Positions 16,463-26,199 are shown, counted from the first letter of the stretch. The stretch is DNA of 64,000 nt from Bacteroidales bacterium (GCA_035342335.1 DAOQWY010000007.1:38162-102161), one strand, 5' to 3'. Notes: a model not told the origin generated them from the letters alone. Program-made: numbers and translations.

Positions 16463-17335
16463 GTGGACAATGTCATGCTCAATGCAGTCATTTCTTTATC
16501 CTCTCTCGGGGTTGTTTTTGCCGTCATCCTGTATTTTGTCGCTCAGAAGTTTAAGGTCGTGGAGGATCCCCGCATCGACCTTGTCAACGAAGTATTGCCG
16601 GGAGCCAATTGCGGGGGGTGCGGGTACGCAGGCTGCCGCAATTTTGCGGAGAGCCTGGTGAAAGCCGGCAAACTGGAAGGTTTCTTTTGCCCGGTAGGCG
16701 GCAATCCGACCATGGCCCTGGCCGGCGAGATCCTGGGCCTGCAGGCCGTCGCCAAGGATCCCCAGGTGGCGGTTGTCCGGTGCAACGGTTCCCGCACCCA
16801 TGCTCCCATGAAATACCGGTTCGACGGCCCTGCCACGTGTTTCTTTGCCCATACCCTTTTTTCAGGCGAAAGCGGTTGTCCCTACGGATGCCTTAGTTTA
16901 GGGGATTGCGTGGCTGCCTGTAAATTCGATGCGATGTTCATGGACGAAACGACCGGGTTACCGGTGGTGGTGGAAGAAAACTGCACTTCTTGCGGCGCCT
17001 GTGTCACAGCCTGCCCCCGGGGAATCATTGAACTCAGGAACAAGGGACCCAAAGGAAGGCGCATTTTTGTAAGCTGTGTCAATAAGGAAAAGGGAGCCGT
17101 CGCCAGGAAGAACTGCTCGGTTGCCTGCATCGGCTGTGGCAAGTGTGTGAAAGTGTGCCCCCATGATGCGATCACCCTTGAAAATAACCTGGCCTATATT
17201 GATTTCCTCAAATGCAAGTTATGCCGAAAGTGTGTTCCGGAATGTCCCACCAATGCCATCCTGGAAATCAATTTTCCGCCGAGAAAAGAGCAGGTCGCCG
17301 GTGCCGAACCAAAACCTCAGGCTGTCGAAATCTGA
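16463..17335 (+). CDS. rnfB: Rnf electron transport complex subunit B (multi 4Fe-4S)
   Basis: N-terminal TM helix, then LPGANCGGCGYAGCRNFAE (RnfB signature), plus several CxxCxxCxxxCP ferredoxin motifs. GTG at 16463, alternative ATG at 16475. Confidence 0.85.
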   Translation: MDNVMLNAVISLSSLGVVFAVILYFVAQKFKVVEDPRIDLVNEVLPGANCGGCGYAGCRNFAESLVKAGKLEGFFCPVGGNPTMALAGEILGLQAVAKDPQVAVVRCNGSRTHAPMKYRFDGPATCFFAHTLFSGESGCPYGCLSLGDCVAACKFDAMFMDETTGLPVVVEENCTSCGACVTACPRGIIELRNKGPKGRRIFVSCVNKEKGAVARKNCSVACIGCGKCVKVCPHDAITLENNLAYIDFLKCKLCRKCVPECPTNAILEINFPPRKEQVAGAEPKPQAVEI

Positions 17336-17385
17336 TCTTATATTACAACATTGAATATGATCTGTTATAAATTTCAGGAGGATCC

Positions 17386-18720
17386 ATGCTGAAAACATTC
17401 AAGCTTGGAGGTGTTCATCCAGCAGAAAATAAATTATCGGCCAGTCAGCCGATTCGGGAAATCCCACTGCCAAAGAGGGTTTTTGTGACCGTTTCTCAGA
17501 ATCTCGGTGCACCCTCCCGTGTGATCGTTCAAAATGGTGACCGCGTCAAAACGGGTCAGCTGATCGCCAAGGGTGAGTCCTTCATCTCGTCCAATATCCA
17601 TTCCCCTGTTTCCGGAAAAGTATTCAAGGTGGATGAGGTTCTGGATATCAGTGGCTACAGGAAGCAGGCCATCCTGATTGATGTGGAGGGTGACGAATGG
17701 GAAGACTCCATTGACCGGACAGACGGGATCAACTGGGAGGTTTCCCTGTCACCAAAGGAAATCATTGACCGGATAAGCCAGATGGGGATCGTAGGTATGG
17801 GCGGAGCCACCTTTCCAGCCCATGTGAAGCTGATGGTACCCGAGGGAAAGAAAGTGGATACGCTGATCATCAACGGTGTTGAATGTGAACCGTATCTGAC
17901 AGCAGACCACCGTTTGATGCTGGAAAAAGGAAAGGAGGTCCTGATGGGTGCCTTCATCCTGATGCGCGCCCTGAAGGTGGAAAGGGTCATCATCGGGATC
18001 GAGCAGAATAAATCCGATGCCATTGCCCATTTGTCGGATCTGAGCAATAAATTTCCAGGCTTTCAGGTTCAGGGTCTGAAGGTCAAATATCCGCAGGGTG
18101 GTGAAAAGCAGCTGATCAAAGCCCTGCTCAACCGGGAAGTGCCCTCTGGAAAACTGCCTTTTGAGGTTGGGTGCGTGGTTCATAATGTCGGTACTGCTTT
18201 TGCCGTTTATGAGGCTGTTCAAAAAAACAAGCCCCTTTTTGAACGCGTGGTGACGGTCACTGGCAAGACTTTGAAAAATCCATCAAATTTTCTTGCCCGG
18301 ATCGGCACACCGATCTCGGAACTATTAGAACAAGCAGGCGGATTTCCCGAAAATGCAGGAAAAATACTGAGTGGCGGCCCCATGATGGGGAAGGCCCTTA
18401 TCTCTTTTGACACACCGGTGGTGAAAGGGATGTCAGGTATCGTGCTTTTACCCGAAGAGGAATCTGTCCGCGTAAAGGTGCAGAATTGCATCCGGTGTTC
18501 GCGGTGTGTTTCAGTATGTCCGATGGGATTGGAACCTTACCTACTTGCCCTTCGGGTGGCTGCTGAAGATTTCGAAGGTTCAGAAAAGGACCGGGTGATG
18601 GATTGCATCGAATGCGGTTCCTGTCATTATACCTGTCCTTCGGGAAGGCCTTTGCTGGATTACATCCGTGTTGGCAAAATCAGAGTGGGTCAAATTATCA
18701 GGAACAGAGGAAAAAAATAA
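17386..18720 (+). CDS. rnfC: Rnf complex subunit C
   Basis: GMGGATFPAHVKL, INGVECEPYLTADHRLM and two C-terminal 4Fe-4S motifs (CIRCSRCVSVCP, CIECGSCHYTCP). Confidence 0.9.
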   Translation: MLKTFKLGGVHPAENKLSASQPIREIPLPKRVFVTVSQNLGAPSRVIVQNGDRVKTGQLIAKGESFISSNIHSPVSGKVFKVDEVLDISGYRKQAILIDVEGDEWEDSIDRTDGINWEVSLSPKEIIDRISQMGIVGMGGATFPAHVKLMVPEGKKVDTLIINGVECEPYLTADHRLMLEKGKEVLMGAFILMRALKVERVIIGIEQNKSDAIAHLSDLSNKFPGFQVQGLKVKYPQGGEKQLIKALLNREVPSGKLPFEVGCVVHNVGTAFAVYEAVQKNKPLFERVVTVTGKTLKNPSNFLARIGTPISELLEQAGGFPENAGKILSGGPMMGKALISFDTPVVKGMSGIVLLPEEESVRVKVQNCIRCSRCVSVCPMGLEPYLLALRVAAEDFEGSEKDRVMDCIECGSCHYTCPSGRPLLDYIRVGKIRVGQIIRNRGKK

Positions 18721-18723
18721 CTT

Positions 18724-19707
18724 ATGAGCACATTAATTGTTTCAGGTTCTCCCCATATTCACTCCGACCAGTCGGTGAAGAAGATCATGTATGGAGTCAT
18801 CTACGCACTCATCCCTGCTTTTCTGGTTTCCATTTATTTTTTCGGAATGGATGCGCTGATCCTGACCGTTGTTTCCGTCGCTGCCTGTTTGTTGTTTGAA
18901 TACCTGATACAGAAATACATCATCAAGGGCGAGATCACCATCACGGACGGCTCTGCCGTGATTACAGGCATTCTGCTGGCTTTCAATGTACCCAGCAACC
19001 TGCCCCTGTGGATCATCATCATCGGTGCATTTGTTTCCATCGGGATCGCCAAAATGGCTTTTGGAGGCATCGGCAAGAATATTTTCAATCCCGCACTGGT
19101 GGGTCGTGTTTTTCTTCTGCTTTCGTTCCCGGTGCAGATGACCTCCTGGCCTGTTCCCAATCCGCAGTTCATGCCTCAGATCACCGATGCAGTCACCGGA
19201 CCGACCGCACTTGGAATATTGAAAGAAGGGCTTCAGGCTGGCAAAACCGTTCAGGAGCTGATGCCTGAGCTGCCTTCCTATGTCAACGATCTGCTGGGCA
19301 ACCAGGGGGGAAGTATCGGTGAGGTCTCAGCCCTGGCGTTACTGATCGGAGCTGTTTACCTGTTTTACAAAAAGATCATCACCTGGCACATCCCCGTCGC
19401 CTATCTGGGTTCTGCCTTTCTGTTTTCAGGGATCATGCATCTGATCAATCCGGCGCTGTATGTCACTCCGTTCTTCCATCTGATCGCCGGCGGGATGATT
19501 CTGGGCGTGTTCTATATGGCTACCGATATGGTCAGCTCCCCGATGTCGGCAAAGGGGATGATCATCTACGGAGTGGGCTGCGGAATCATAACCATGCTGA
19601 TCAGGATCTGGGGCTCTTATCCGGAAGGGGTTTCCTTCGCCATTCTTCTGATGAATGCGGTGACTCCGCTGATCAACCGCGGATTCAAACCGGCCCGGTT
19701 TGGATGA
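18724..19707 (+). CDS. rnfD: Rnf complex subunit D
   Basis: Polytopic membrane protein: SPHIHS..., NPALVGRVFLLLSFP, and DAVTGPTAL near the FMN-attachment region. Position in the rnf operon. Confidence 0.9.
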   Translation: MSTLIVSGSPHIHSDQSVKKIMYGVIYALIPAFLVSIYFFGMDALILTVVSVAACLLFEYLIQKYIIKGEITITDGSAVITGILLAFNVPSNLPLWIIIIGAFVSIGIAKMAFGGIGKNIFNPALVGRVFLLLSFPVQMTSWPVPNPQFMPQITDAVTGPTALGILKEGLQAGKTVQELMPELPSYVNDLLGNQGGSIGEVSALALLIGAVYLFYKKIITWHIPVAYLGSAFLFSGIMHLINPALYVTPFFHLIAGGMILGVFYMATDMVSSPMSAKGMIIYGVGCGIITMLIRIWGSYPEGVSFAILLMNAVTPLINRGFKPARFG

Positions 19708-19784
19708 GCCTGTACAAAAGTACCTAACGGATGAAATGATCCATTAAAAGATAGATATCGTGTTCTCCTGAAAAGATACTTATT

Positions 19785-20357
19785 ATGGCAAAGAAAACAG
19801 AATCGACGTTTATCAATATGTTCCTGAACCTGCTGATCTTTACCGCGGTAGGTTCGTTTGCACTGGCAGGCGTTTACAATATCACGCTGGAGCCCATTGC
19901 GAGGGTGGAAAAATTGAAAATGGAATATGCCATCCGACAGGTCATTCAGGATTTTGATACCGTTGTCACAGATACGCTGATCCTCCCCGACCAGGCAAGA
20001 CCGATTGGAATGATAACCGGATACAAGAAAGATTCCCTTGTTGGTGTGGCCATTCAAACCTACTCAAAGAAAGGTTACAGCGGATTGATCGAACTGATGG
20101 TGGGGTTTGATACGAACGATTTCATTACAAAAATCGAAGTGCTTCAACAGAAGGAAACTCCCGGGCTGGGCACCAAGATGGAAACGCCGGAATTCAAGGA
20201 ACAGTTTTACGGGAAAAATCCTGCGGAATTTAAACTCAAAGTGAAAAAGGACGGAGGTGATGTGGATGCCATTACGGCTGCCACCATCAGTTCCCGCGCG
20301 TTTTGCGATGCGGTGCAGCGGGCATATGATACTTATAAAAATGAAGGAGGTAATTGA
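19785..20357 (+). CDS. rnfG: Rnf complex subunit G (FMN-binding)
   Basis: Single N-terminal TM helix, ETPGLG, and VDAITAATISSRA (FMN-binding Thr motif). Confidence 0.9.
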   Translation: MAKKTESTFINMFLNLLIFTAVGSFALAGVYNITLEPIARVEKLKMEYAIRQVIQDFDTVVTDTLILPDQARPIGMITGYKKDSLVGVAIQTYSKKGYSGLIELMVGFDTNDFITKIEVLQQKETPGLGTKMETPEFKEQFYGKNPAEFKLKVKKDGGDVDAITAATISSRAFCDAVQRAYDTYKNEGGN

Positions 20358-20359
20358 TT

Positions 20360-20944
20360 ATGAACCAGTGGAAAAATTTTACCAAAGGGTTCATCAAGGA
20401 AAATCCGACACTTGTTCTGCTTTTGGGAATGTGTCCGACACTTGGTGTTACAACATCAGCGATGAATGGCCTGGGTATGGGATTGGCGACCACCTTCGTA
20501 CTGGTGATGTCGAACCTGTGTATATCTGCCATTAAGAATTACGTACCTGATAAGGTTCGTATCCCCGTTTTCATTGTGGTCATCGCTTCATTCGTAACCA
20601 TTGTTGACCTGTTCATGGCAGGCTATGCACCCGGACTTCATAAACAGCTCGGGATTTTCATCCCCTTGATCGTCGTAAACTGCATTGTGCTTGGAAGAGC
20701 AGAAGCCTTTGCATCAAAAAACAAAATACTTTCCTCCCTGATTGACGGAGCAGGGATGGGATTGGGATTTACCCTTGCCCTTACGATCCTCGGGTCCATC
20801 AGGGAGTTGCTGGGAAGTGGCTCAATCTTCGGATTGAAATTCATTCCGGGAGATGCCATTCTTATATTCATCCTTCAGCCGGGCGCATTCCTGACCCTGG
20901 GTTTTCTGATCGCACTGATAAACAAACTGAAAAAGGCAAATTAA
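20360..20944 (+). CDS. rnfE: Rnf complex subunit E
   Basis: NPTLVLLLGMCPTLGVTT and IPLIVVNCIVLGRAEAFA are RnfE/NqrD-type motifs. ATG at 20360 lies 3 nt after the rnfG stop (the track start at 20354 is a TTG). Confidence 0.9.
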   Translation: MNQWKNFTKGFIKENPTLVLLLGMCPTLGVTTSAMNGLGMGLATTFVLVMSNLCISAIKNYVPDKVRIPVFIVVIASFVTIVDLFMAGYAPGLHKQLGIFIPLIVVNCIVLGRAEAFASKNKILSSLIDGAGMGLGFTLALTILGSIRELLGSGSIFGLKFIPGDAILIFILQPGAFLTLGFLIALINKLKKAN

Positions 20945-20957
20945 AAATAATACGGAG

Positions 20958-21536
20958 ATGGAATATGTAATCATAATAATATTTATTGTATTTGTCAATA
21001 ATATTGTCTTTGCCCAATTTCTGGGCATCTGTCCCCTGCTGGGGGTTTCAACCCGCATCTCCACTGCAACGGGAATGGCAGGAGCCGTACTTTTTGTCCT
21101 GACACTGGCAACCATCATGACGTGGCTGGTCCAGCGGTTTATCCTTGAACCGTTTCACATTGGTTTTTTACAGACCATCGCCTTTATCCTGGTCATTGCC
21201 GCATTGGTCCAGATGGTGGAGATCATCCTCAAAAAGGTTAGCCCTGCCCTTTATCAGGCACTGGGAATCTATTTACCGCTCATCACAACGAACTGTGCTG
21301 TCCTGGGAGTTGCAATACAAACAATTACACGGGATCTGGCCTTGCTGACAGCAGTCGTATTTGCCATCTCCAATGCACTGGGCTTTGGTCTGGCCCTGTT
21401 GCTTTTCGCAGGTATAAGGGAACACCTGGCGCTGGTGGGAGTGCCGAAAGGGATGCAGGGAGTTCCCATCGCTCTGGTCATCGCAGGGATCCTTTCCATG
21501 GCATTCATGGGATTTGCGAACCTGGTGAGCTGGTGA
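20958..21536 (+). CDS. rnfA: Rnf complex subunit A
   Basis: NNIVFAQFLGICPLLGVS and LPLITTNCAVLGVA are RnfA/NqrE-type motifs. Last gene of the rnf operon. Confidence 0.9.
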   Translation: MEYVIIIIFIVFVNNIVFAQFLGICPLLGVSTRISTATGMAGAVLFVLTLATIMTWLVQRFILEPFHIGFLQTIAFILVIAALVQMVEIILKKVSPALYQALGIYLPLITTNCAVLGVAIQTITRDLALLTAVVFAISNALGFGLALLLFAGIREHLALVGVPKGMQGVPIALVIAGILSMAFMGFANLVSW

Positions 21537-21545
21537 TTGCGGGAA

Positions 21546-21587
21546 AAGCTGCAAGTTACAAGCTGCAAGCTGCAAGCTAGAAGCTGA
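21546..21587. repeat. tandem heptamer array, 6 units (AAGCTGC AAGTTAC AAGCTGC AAGCTGC AAGCTAG AAGCTGA)
   Basis: Read directly; starts 10 nt after the rnfA stop. Confidence 0.9.
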
Positions 21588-21602
21588 TCGAAAAATTTAG
21601 AA

Positions 21603-22289
21603 ATGGACAACGAACCGATCATAGATCTTCAGAACCTGGTAGTTTTCCAGAAGAACATACTGGTCCTGTCCAATGTTACCTTTTCCATCAGGAAAGGGGA
21701 GTTTGTATACCTTGTCGGCAAAACGGGAACGGGCAAATCCAGCCTTCTGAAAACCCTTTATGCTGAGTTGCCTGTCAGGGATGGTCTTGGCGTGGTGGCC
21801 GGTTTTGACCTTTCAACGATCAAACAGAAAGAGATACCCTTTCTGAGGAGGAAACTGGGCATTGTCTTTCAGGATTTTAAACTTCTGACGGACCGGTCTG
21901 TCAATGAGAACCTGAAATTTGTAATGAAATCAACCGGGTGGAAGGATAAGGAGAAAATGGAGGTTCGCTCACAGGAGGTACTTCAAAAGGTCGGTTTGGG
22001 CACCAAGGGCTTTAAAATGCCTCACCAGCTTTCCGGAGGTGAACAGCAGCGTGTCTCCATTGCCCGTGCCCTGGTGAATGACCCGGAGATCATCCTGGCC
22101 GACGAACCAACCGGTAACCTTGATCCTGAAACATCAGAAGGTATCGTGAAGCTTCTGTTTGACATCAGCAAAACCGGGTGTGCGGTATTTATGGCCACGC
22201 ACAATTATTCCCTTTTCAGAAAATACCCCTCCAGAACCCTGAAGTGTGAAAATGGCAGGGTGGATACTTCAGAATACATATTCTATTAA
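21603..22289 (+). CDS. ftsE: cell division ATP-binding protein FtsE-like (ABC ATPase)
   Basis: Walker [13 protein letters not shown], signature [15 protein letters not shown], Walker [13 protein letters not shown]. The 228-aa size and lack of an adjacent permease fit the Bacteroidota FtsE pattern. Confidence 0.7.
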   Translation: MDNEPIIDLQNLVVFQKNILVLSNVTFSIRKGEFVYLVGKTGTGKSSLLKTLYAELPVRDGLGVVAGFDLSTIKQKEIPFLRRKLGIVFQDFKLLTDRSVNENLKFVMKSTGWKDKEKMEVRSQEVLQKVGLGTKGFKMPHQLSGGEQQRVSIARALVNDPEIILADEPTGNLDPETSEGIVKLLFDISKTGCAVFMATHNYSLFRKYPSRTLKCENGRVDTSEYIFY

Positions 22290-23393
22290 CCGGTCAGCAT
22301 TCAGCCGGTTGGAATACAGCCGGGCAAGTACTTTTCTGCGGTGAAGTATTTCCGGTTCTTCGAACTCCTTTTCTTTCAGCCTGGTCAGAACAGCTTTCAG
22401 TTCTACGGGGGTATCGGCAATTTCACACAGCTCGTTCAGCCCTGTTCCGTTCAGCATGGCACTGTTGACCAGTAAGAACCTCCCCGTAAACAGGGTGTTC
22501 AGCAGCTTCAATTTCAATCCTGTTGCCTGAAATGTGACCAGCACATTGATGTGCGCCTGCTCAATCAGCCGGTTCATTTCTTCGGCGGAAGGATTTTCAA
22601 TGATTTCGACATGCTTGCTGACCCGGGCTAACTTTTTCAGGTATTCGGGTGGATTCAATCCGGCAATTTTCAGATCAAGGCCGATATCATCAAAGACTTC
22701 CCTGATGAGGAAGGCAGCAGCCACCGAATTTTCAGCGACGGAAAGGTTGCCGTGGTAAAGACAATAATTTCCGCGTCCCGGTTTTATGCTAACCTCATTA
22801 TTGAAATGAAAACTGGGAAGGTGATAAACCGGGATGCCGGTAAACTTGTCCTGCAGATATTCTTTATCCTTCGCGGAAACGGCCAGCATCAGGTCGGCAA
22901 ATTTCAGAACTTTCTCATATCTTTTCAATTTGATGCTTGCGGTCAGAAAGTAGAGTTTTTTGAACAGGTTTTTTTCAGCCCTGCAGAGGTTGTAGTAATA
23001 ATGATGTTCAATATTGCTCTCCCTGTAGATCTTCACCTTGCCACTGAGTCGCGGATCGTTCAGGTAGTAACATGTATGGAGCCCTTCAAAAAGGACCGGG
23101 TAATCGTCTTTTGACAGATTGCTGATCAGTTGCTCTGACCGGCGGCTGATGACGATGTAGGGTGTGCTGCTCAGAGTTGACCTCAGGCCTGTTTTTCGCT
23201 TGTAATAATGGACCGACTCACAGAATTTGTCCAGTTCATTGGCATGCTGACGGTCGTATTCGAAGCAATGGAGATGGATCTTTATTCCCTGGTTGTGCAG
23301 CGCCATAAGTTTGCAGTATACGTCGATGACGCCGCCATAGTTGGGAGGGTAGGGGACGGTGAAGGATACAATATGTAAATGACGATCATGCAT
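22269..23393 (-). CDS. glycosyltransferase (GT1/GT4-like)
   Basis: Start trimmed to the ATG at 23393 ([26 protein letters not shown]). The N-terminal PYPPNYGG pattern and the two-Rossmann length are GT-B-like. Overlaps the upstream GT stop by 8 nt (ATGCATGA). Confidence 0.55.
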   Translation of the reverse strand: MHDRHLHIVSFTVPYPPNYGGVIDVYCKLMALHNQGIKIHLHCFEYDRQHANELDKFCESVHYYKRKTGLRSTLSSTPYIVISRRSEQLISNLSKDDYPVLFEGLHTCYYLNDPRLSGKVKIYRESNIEHHYYYNLCRAEKNLFKKLYFLTASIKLKRYEKVLKFADLMLAVSAKDKEYLQDKFTGIPVYHLPSFHFNNEVSIKPGRGNYCLYHGNLSVAENSVAAAFLIREVFDDIGLDLKIAGLNPPEYLKKLARVSKHVEIIENPSAEEMNRLIEQAHINVLVTFQATGLKLKLLNTLFTGRFLLVNSAMLNGTGLNELCEIADTPVELKAVLTRLKEKEFEEPEILHRRKVLARLYSNRLNADRLIEYVF

Positions 23394-24507
23394 ACTTCCT
23401 GAATAGTTCAAGGAGTATCCCTTTTTCATTTTCCCAGTTCAGTTCTGCAGCAGCTTTCCGCAGGTTCTCTTTCCAGGTTTTCCGGCGTTCCTGATCAGTC
23501 AGCATGATCTTCATTCGTTCCGAAATGTGTTTTGGATCATGCGATTCGATCATCATGCCTATATTATATTTTTCAATGATCTTTTGTATCTCAGGCAGAG
23601 GGGAAGCCAGCACGGGCAGGCCGGCATGGATGTAGTCAAACAGCTTGTTTGGCAAACTGTACCGGTAGTTGATGTTGGTATCCTTGTCCAGGGTAATCCC
23701 GATATCTGCACATCGTGTATAATGAAACAGGCGCTCAAAAGGTTGCTTGGGAATGAAAAAAACCTTTTCCTCCAGGTGCAGCCTTTGAACCATTCCCGGG
23801 AGAACGGATACGATGTCCCCACCTCCAATGATCAACAGGATCGTCTTATCGAGGTACTGCATGGCCTCAATGGCTTCTTCCGCTCCCCGCTGGATGTTGA
23901 TGCCAGCACCCTGCAGCAGCACAATGTGTTGATCCTCAGGAAGTTTCAGCTCCTCACGTGCTTTTGTTGTACCACTCCCCCTGGCCGGCGGGATATTCCT
24001 GACCACGTGCGGCCGTACACCATACTCCTGCCCGTAGAGATCTGCGATGGAATCGTTGACCGTAACGACATCTTTTAACCGTGGGAAGATCCACTTTTCG
24101 ATCCTTTTCCAGAAATTCTGCACAAAGGGCCTGTTGACCAGCTCCGGAACACCCGTGTAATACTCGTGACTGTCGTATACAAGAGGGATGTTCTTGATCC
24201 GATGGATCAAAAAGTTGGGTAACAGCGTGTCCAGATCGTTGGCAATCAATAGGTCGGCTTTATGAAAAAGCAGGTATGAAAATAACCTGGCATTGAATTC
24301 CGCGTAGAACGGCGCCCCTTTTTCAAAAACCAGCCGCATCCGCCTGGTGATGTAGCTTCTTTCGCTCAAGGGCAAGCTGCTTCGCATCCTCCTTCCGACA
24401 AGGATGACCCTGAATCCGGTTTCCCGAAGGCTTTCAGCAGTTTTATCCACCCGCTGGTCGGTGACAAGATCGCTGGTGACGGAAACAATGGCTGTTTTCA
24501 AATCCAA
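23386..24507 (-). CDS. glycosyltransferase family 4 (GT-B)
   Basis: [16 protein letters not shown]..., the C-terminal [23 protein letters not shown] (GT4 E-x7-E-region equivalent), and GRRMR repeats. TTG start. Confidence 0.7.
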   Translation of the reverse strand: MDLKTAIVSVTSDLVTDQRVDKTAESLRETGFRVILVGRRMRSSLPLSERSYITRRMRLVFEKGAPFYAEFNARLFSYLLFHKADLLIANDLDTLLPNFLIHRIKNIPLVYDSHEYYTGVPELVNRPFVQNFWKRIEKWIFPRLKDVVTVNDSIADLYGQEYGVRPHVVRNIPPARGSGTTKAREELKLPEDQHIVLLQGAGINIQRGAEEAIEAMQYLDKTILLIIGGGDIVSVLPGMVQRLHLEEKVFFIPKQPFERLFHYTRCADIGITLDKDTNINYRYSLPNKLFDYIHAGLPVLASPLPEIQKIIEKYNIGMMIESHDPKHISERMKIMLTDQERRKTWKENLRKAAAELNWENEKGILLELFRKYA

Positions 24508-24625
24508 TTCCTTCAGATGATCTTATTTAACGAATCTGAGGTTCATTTGTTGCATTATGATTTTCAAGCTAAAATCCGTTATTTTGTCAGACGTTTAACT
24601 ACCAACCGGCAGCGGCTGATTTGGC

Positions 24626-25642
24626 ATGATCAGAAAAAATGTTTCATTAAAGAACCACAACACCTTTGGCATTGATGCCAGGGCAAGCCTTTTTGCGACC
24701 ATTCAAACCGTGGAGGAATTGCAGGGACTGTTTCAGGGAAATGAGATTGACCAATCTGAGCCCATGCTGATTCTTGGCGGCGGAAGCAACATTCTTTTCA
24801 CCCGGGATTTTGAAGGTCTGGTCATGAAAATGGATTTGCAGGGTGTCAGCGTGATCCGTGAAACCTCCGATGATGCTGAAATCAGGGCTTATGCCGGGCA
24901 GAACTGGGATCAGCTGGTCAGCTATGGTGTCGACAGGGGACTGGGAGGGCTGGAGAATCTATCGCTGATCCCCGGCACGGCCGGTGCCGCGCCCATTCAG
25001 AATATCGGGGCATACGGAGCTGAGCTGAAGGATGTTTTGACGGAGTTGTGTGCCTGGGACCGGAAAACAATGCAAATGGTTACGATCCCGGCTGAAGCGT
25101 GCGGTTTTGGATACCGGACCAGTATCTTCAAAACATCGGACAAGGATCATTATATTATCCTCTCCATCACCCTCCGCCTGATGAAACGTCCTGCCTTCAA
25201 TCTCAGGTACAGTGCGGTTTCAGAGGAATTGAATCGAATGGATGTCTGTGAACCATCGCTGAAGGCTGTCAGGGATGCGGTGATCCGCATCCGGAGCCGG
25301 AAGCTCCCTGATCCAGCCCTTCTTGGAAACGCCGGAAGTTTTTTCAAGAATCCTTCCGTAGCTGCAGAACGATATTCTGATTTAAAGGAATCATTTCCGG
25401 GCTTGCCTGGAAATCAGCAGCCGGATGGAACGGTCAAACTGGCAGCCGGGTGGATGATCGAACATTGCGGGTGGAAGGGTTATCGGGAAGGCCAGGCCGG
25501 CGTTCATCAGGATCAGGCCCTGGTGCTTGTCAACCTTGGAAACGCCACCGGGATGGAAGTCCTGGACCTTGCGGATAAAATACGGCAATCGGTTGCGGGG
25601 AAATTTGGGGTAATGCTGGAAACAGAAGTCAACATTCTGTAA
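24626..25642 (+). CDS. murB: UDP-N-acetylenolpyruvoylglucosamine reductase
   Basis: LKNHNTFGIDARA, LILGGGSNILF, GLENLSLIPGTAGAAPIQNIGAYG and GSFFKNP are classical MurB motifs. Confidence 0.9.
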   Translation: MIRKNVSLKNHNTFGIDARASLFATIQTVEELQGLFQGNEIDQSEPMLILGGGSNILFTRDFEGLVMKMDLQGVSVIRETSDDAEIRAYAGQNWDQLVSYGVDRGLGGLENLSLIPGTAGAAPIQNIGAYGAELKDVLTELCAWDRKTMQMVTIPAEACGFGYRTSIFKTSDKDHYIILSITLRLMKRPAFNLRYSAVSEELNRMDVCEPSLKAVRDAVIRIRSRKLPDPALLGNAGSFFKNPSVAAERYSDLKESFPGLPGNQQPDGTVKLAAGWMIEHCGWKGYREGQAGVHQDQALVLVNLGNATGMEVLDLADKIRQSVAGKFGVMLETEVNIL

Positions 25643-25650
25643 AATCCCGA

Positions 25651-25696
25651 ATTCCAAGTACCAAGATCCAAACAAATTCCAAAATTCAAATTCCAA
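25651..25696. repeat. tandem heptamer array, 6 units of NNTCCAA type (ATTCCAA GTACCAA GATCCAA [ACAA] ATTCCAA AATTCAA ATTCCAA)
   Basis: Read directly; starts 9 nt after the murB stop. One 4-nt interruption. Confidence 0.85.
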
Positions 25697-25745
25697 AACC
25701 GCTTTCTGACTATCCCAATGCCGACCATTAAGAGCTCCCGTTCAT

Positions 25746-25773
25746 TGCTGACTGCTGACTGCTGACTGCCGAC
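25746..25773. repeat. tandem heptamer array, 4 units (TGCTGAC x3, TGCCGAC), the reverse complement of the GTCAGCA/GTCGGCA units at 5795-5822
   Basis: Read directly. Lies 3' of the minus-strand PqqD-like gene, in the same sense orientation as the hutI array. Confidence 0.9.
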
Positions 25774-25803
25774 TTTTGTCAGGACGTCGCTTCGCTCCGC
25801 TGC

Positions 25804-26178
25804 CTACCGCTTCCCGCTCAGCTCCCTGAAGGTGATATACCGCTGGTCGTAGAGAAGGGTCAGGAACCGTGTGACCCTTTGTTCAGCCGGGCTGATCTTC
25901 TCGCCCAGACTTTCGTGCAATTTTGAGCAGATTTCTGCTACGTTGGATTCACCGTTAATGGCAAGCCAGGTGGCGGAACCCAGTTCATCGAGATGGATCC
26001 GGAAATGATCGGATTTATTCCTGGGGATCAGGTATTCCCGGAGCACCTGATTTTTGAACTTGGGAACCATCAGGGTCACTCTGCCATTTTCCGCAATTTC
26101 GTGCGCATGGATCCTGACAGGGGTCAGGGTGAGGTAGTTGGCTCCTTTCAGGATCCTGCGACGTTGAAAAAAGTTCAT
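25804..26178 (-). CDS. PqqD-family (RRE-like) small protein
   Basis: 124 aa. LDELGSATWLAINGESNVAEICSKLHESLGEKISPAEQRVTRFLTLLYDQRYI has the PqqD winged-helix pattern (ligand-free small protein, hydrophobic W/L, 'v..fl..L...g.i' ending). Lies 21 nt downstream of the OPT gene on the same strand. Confidence 0.6.
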   Translation of the reverse strand: MNFFQRRRILKGANYLTLTPVRIHAHEIAENGRVTLMVPKFKNQVLREYLIPRNKSDHFRIHLDELGSATWLAINGESNVAEICSKLHESLGEKISPAEQRVTRFLTLLYDQRYITFRELSGKR

Positions 26179-26199
26179 AAACGTGATCAGATGATAGGA

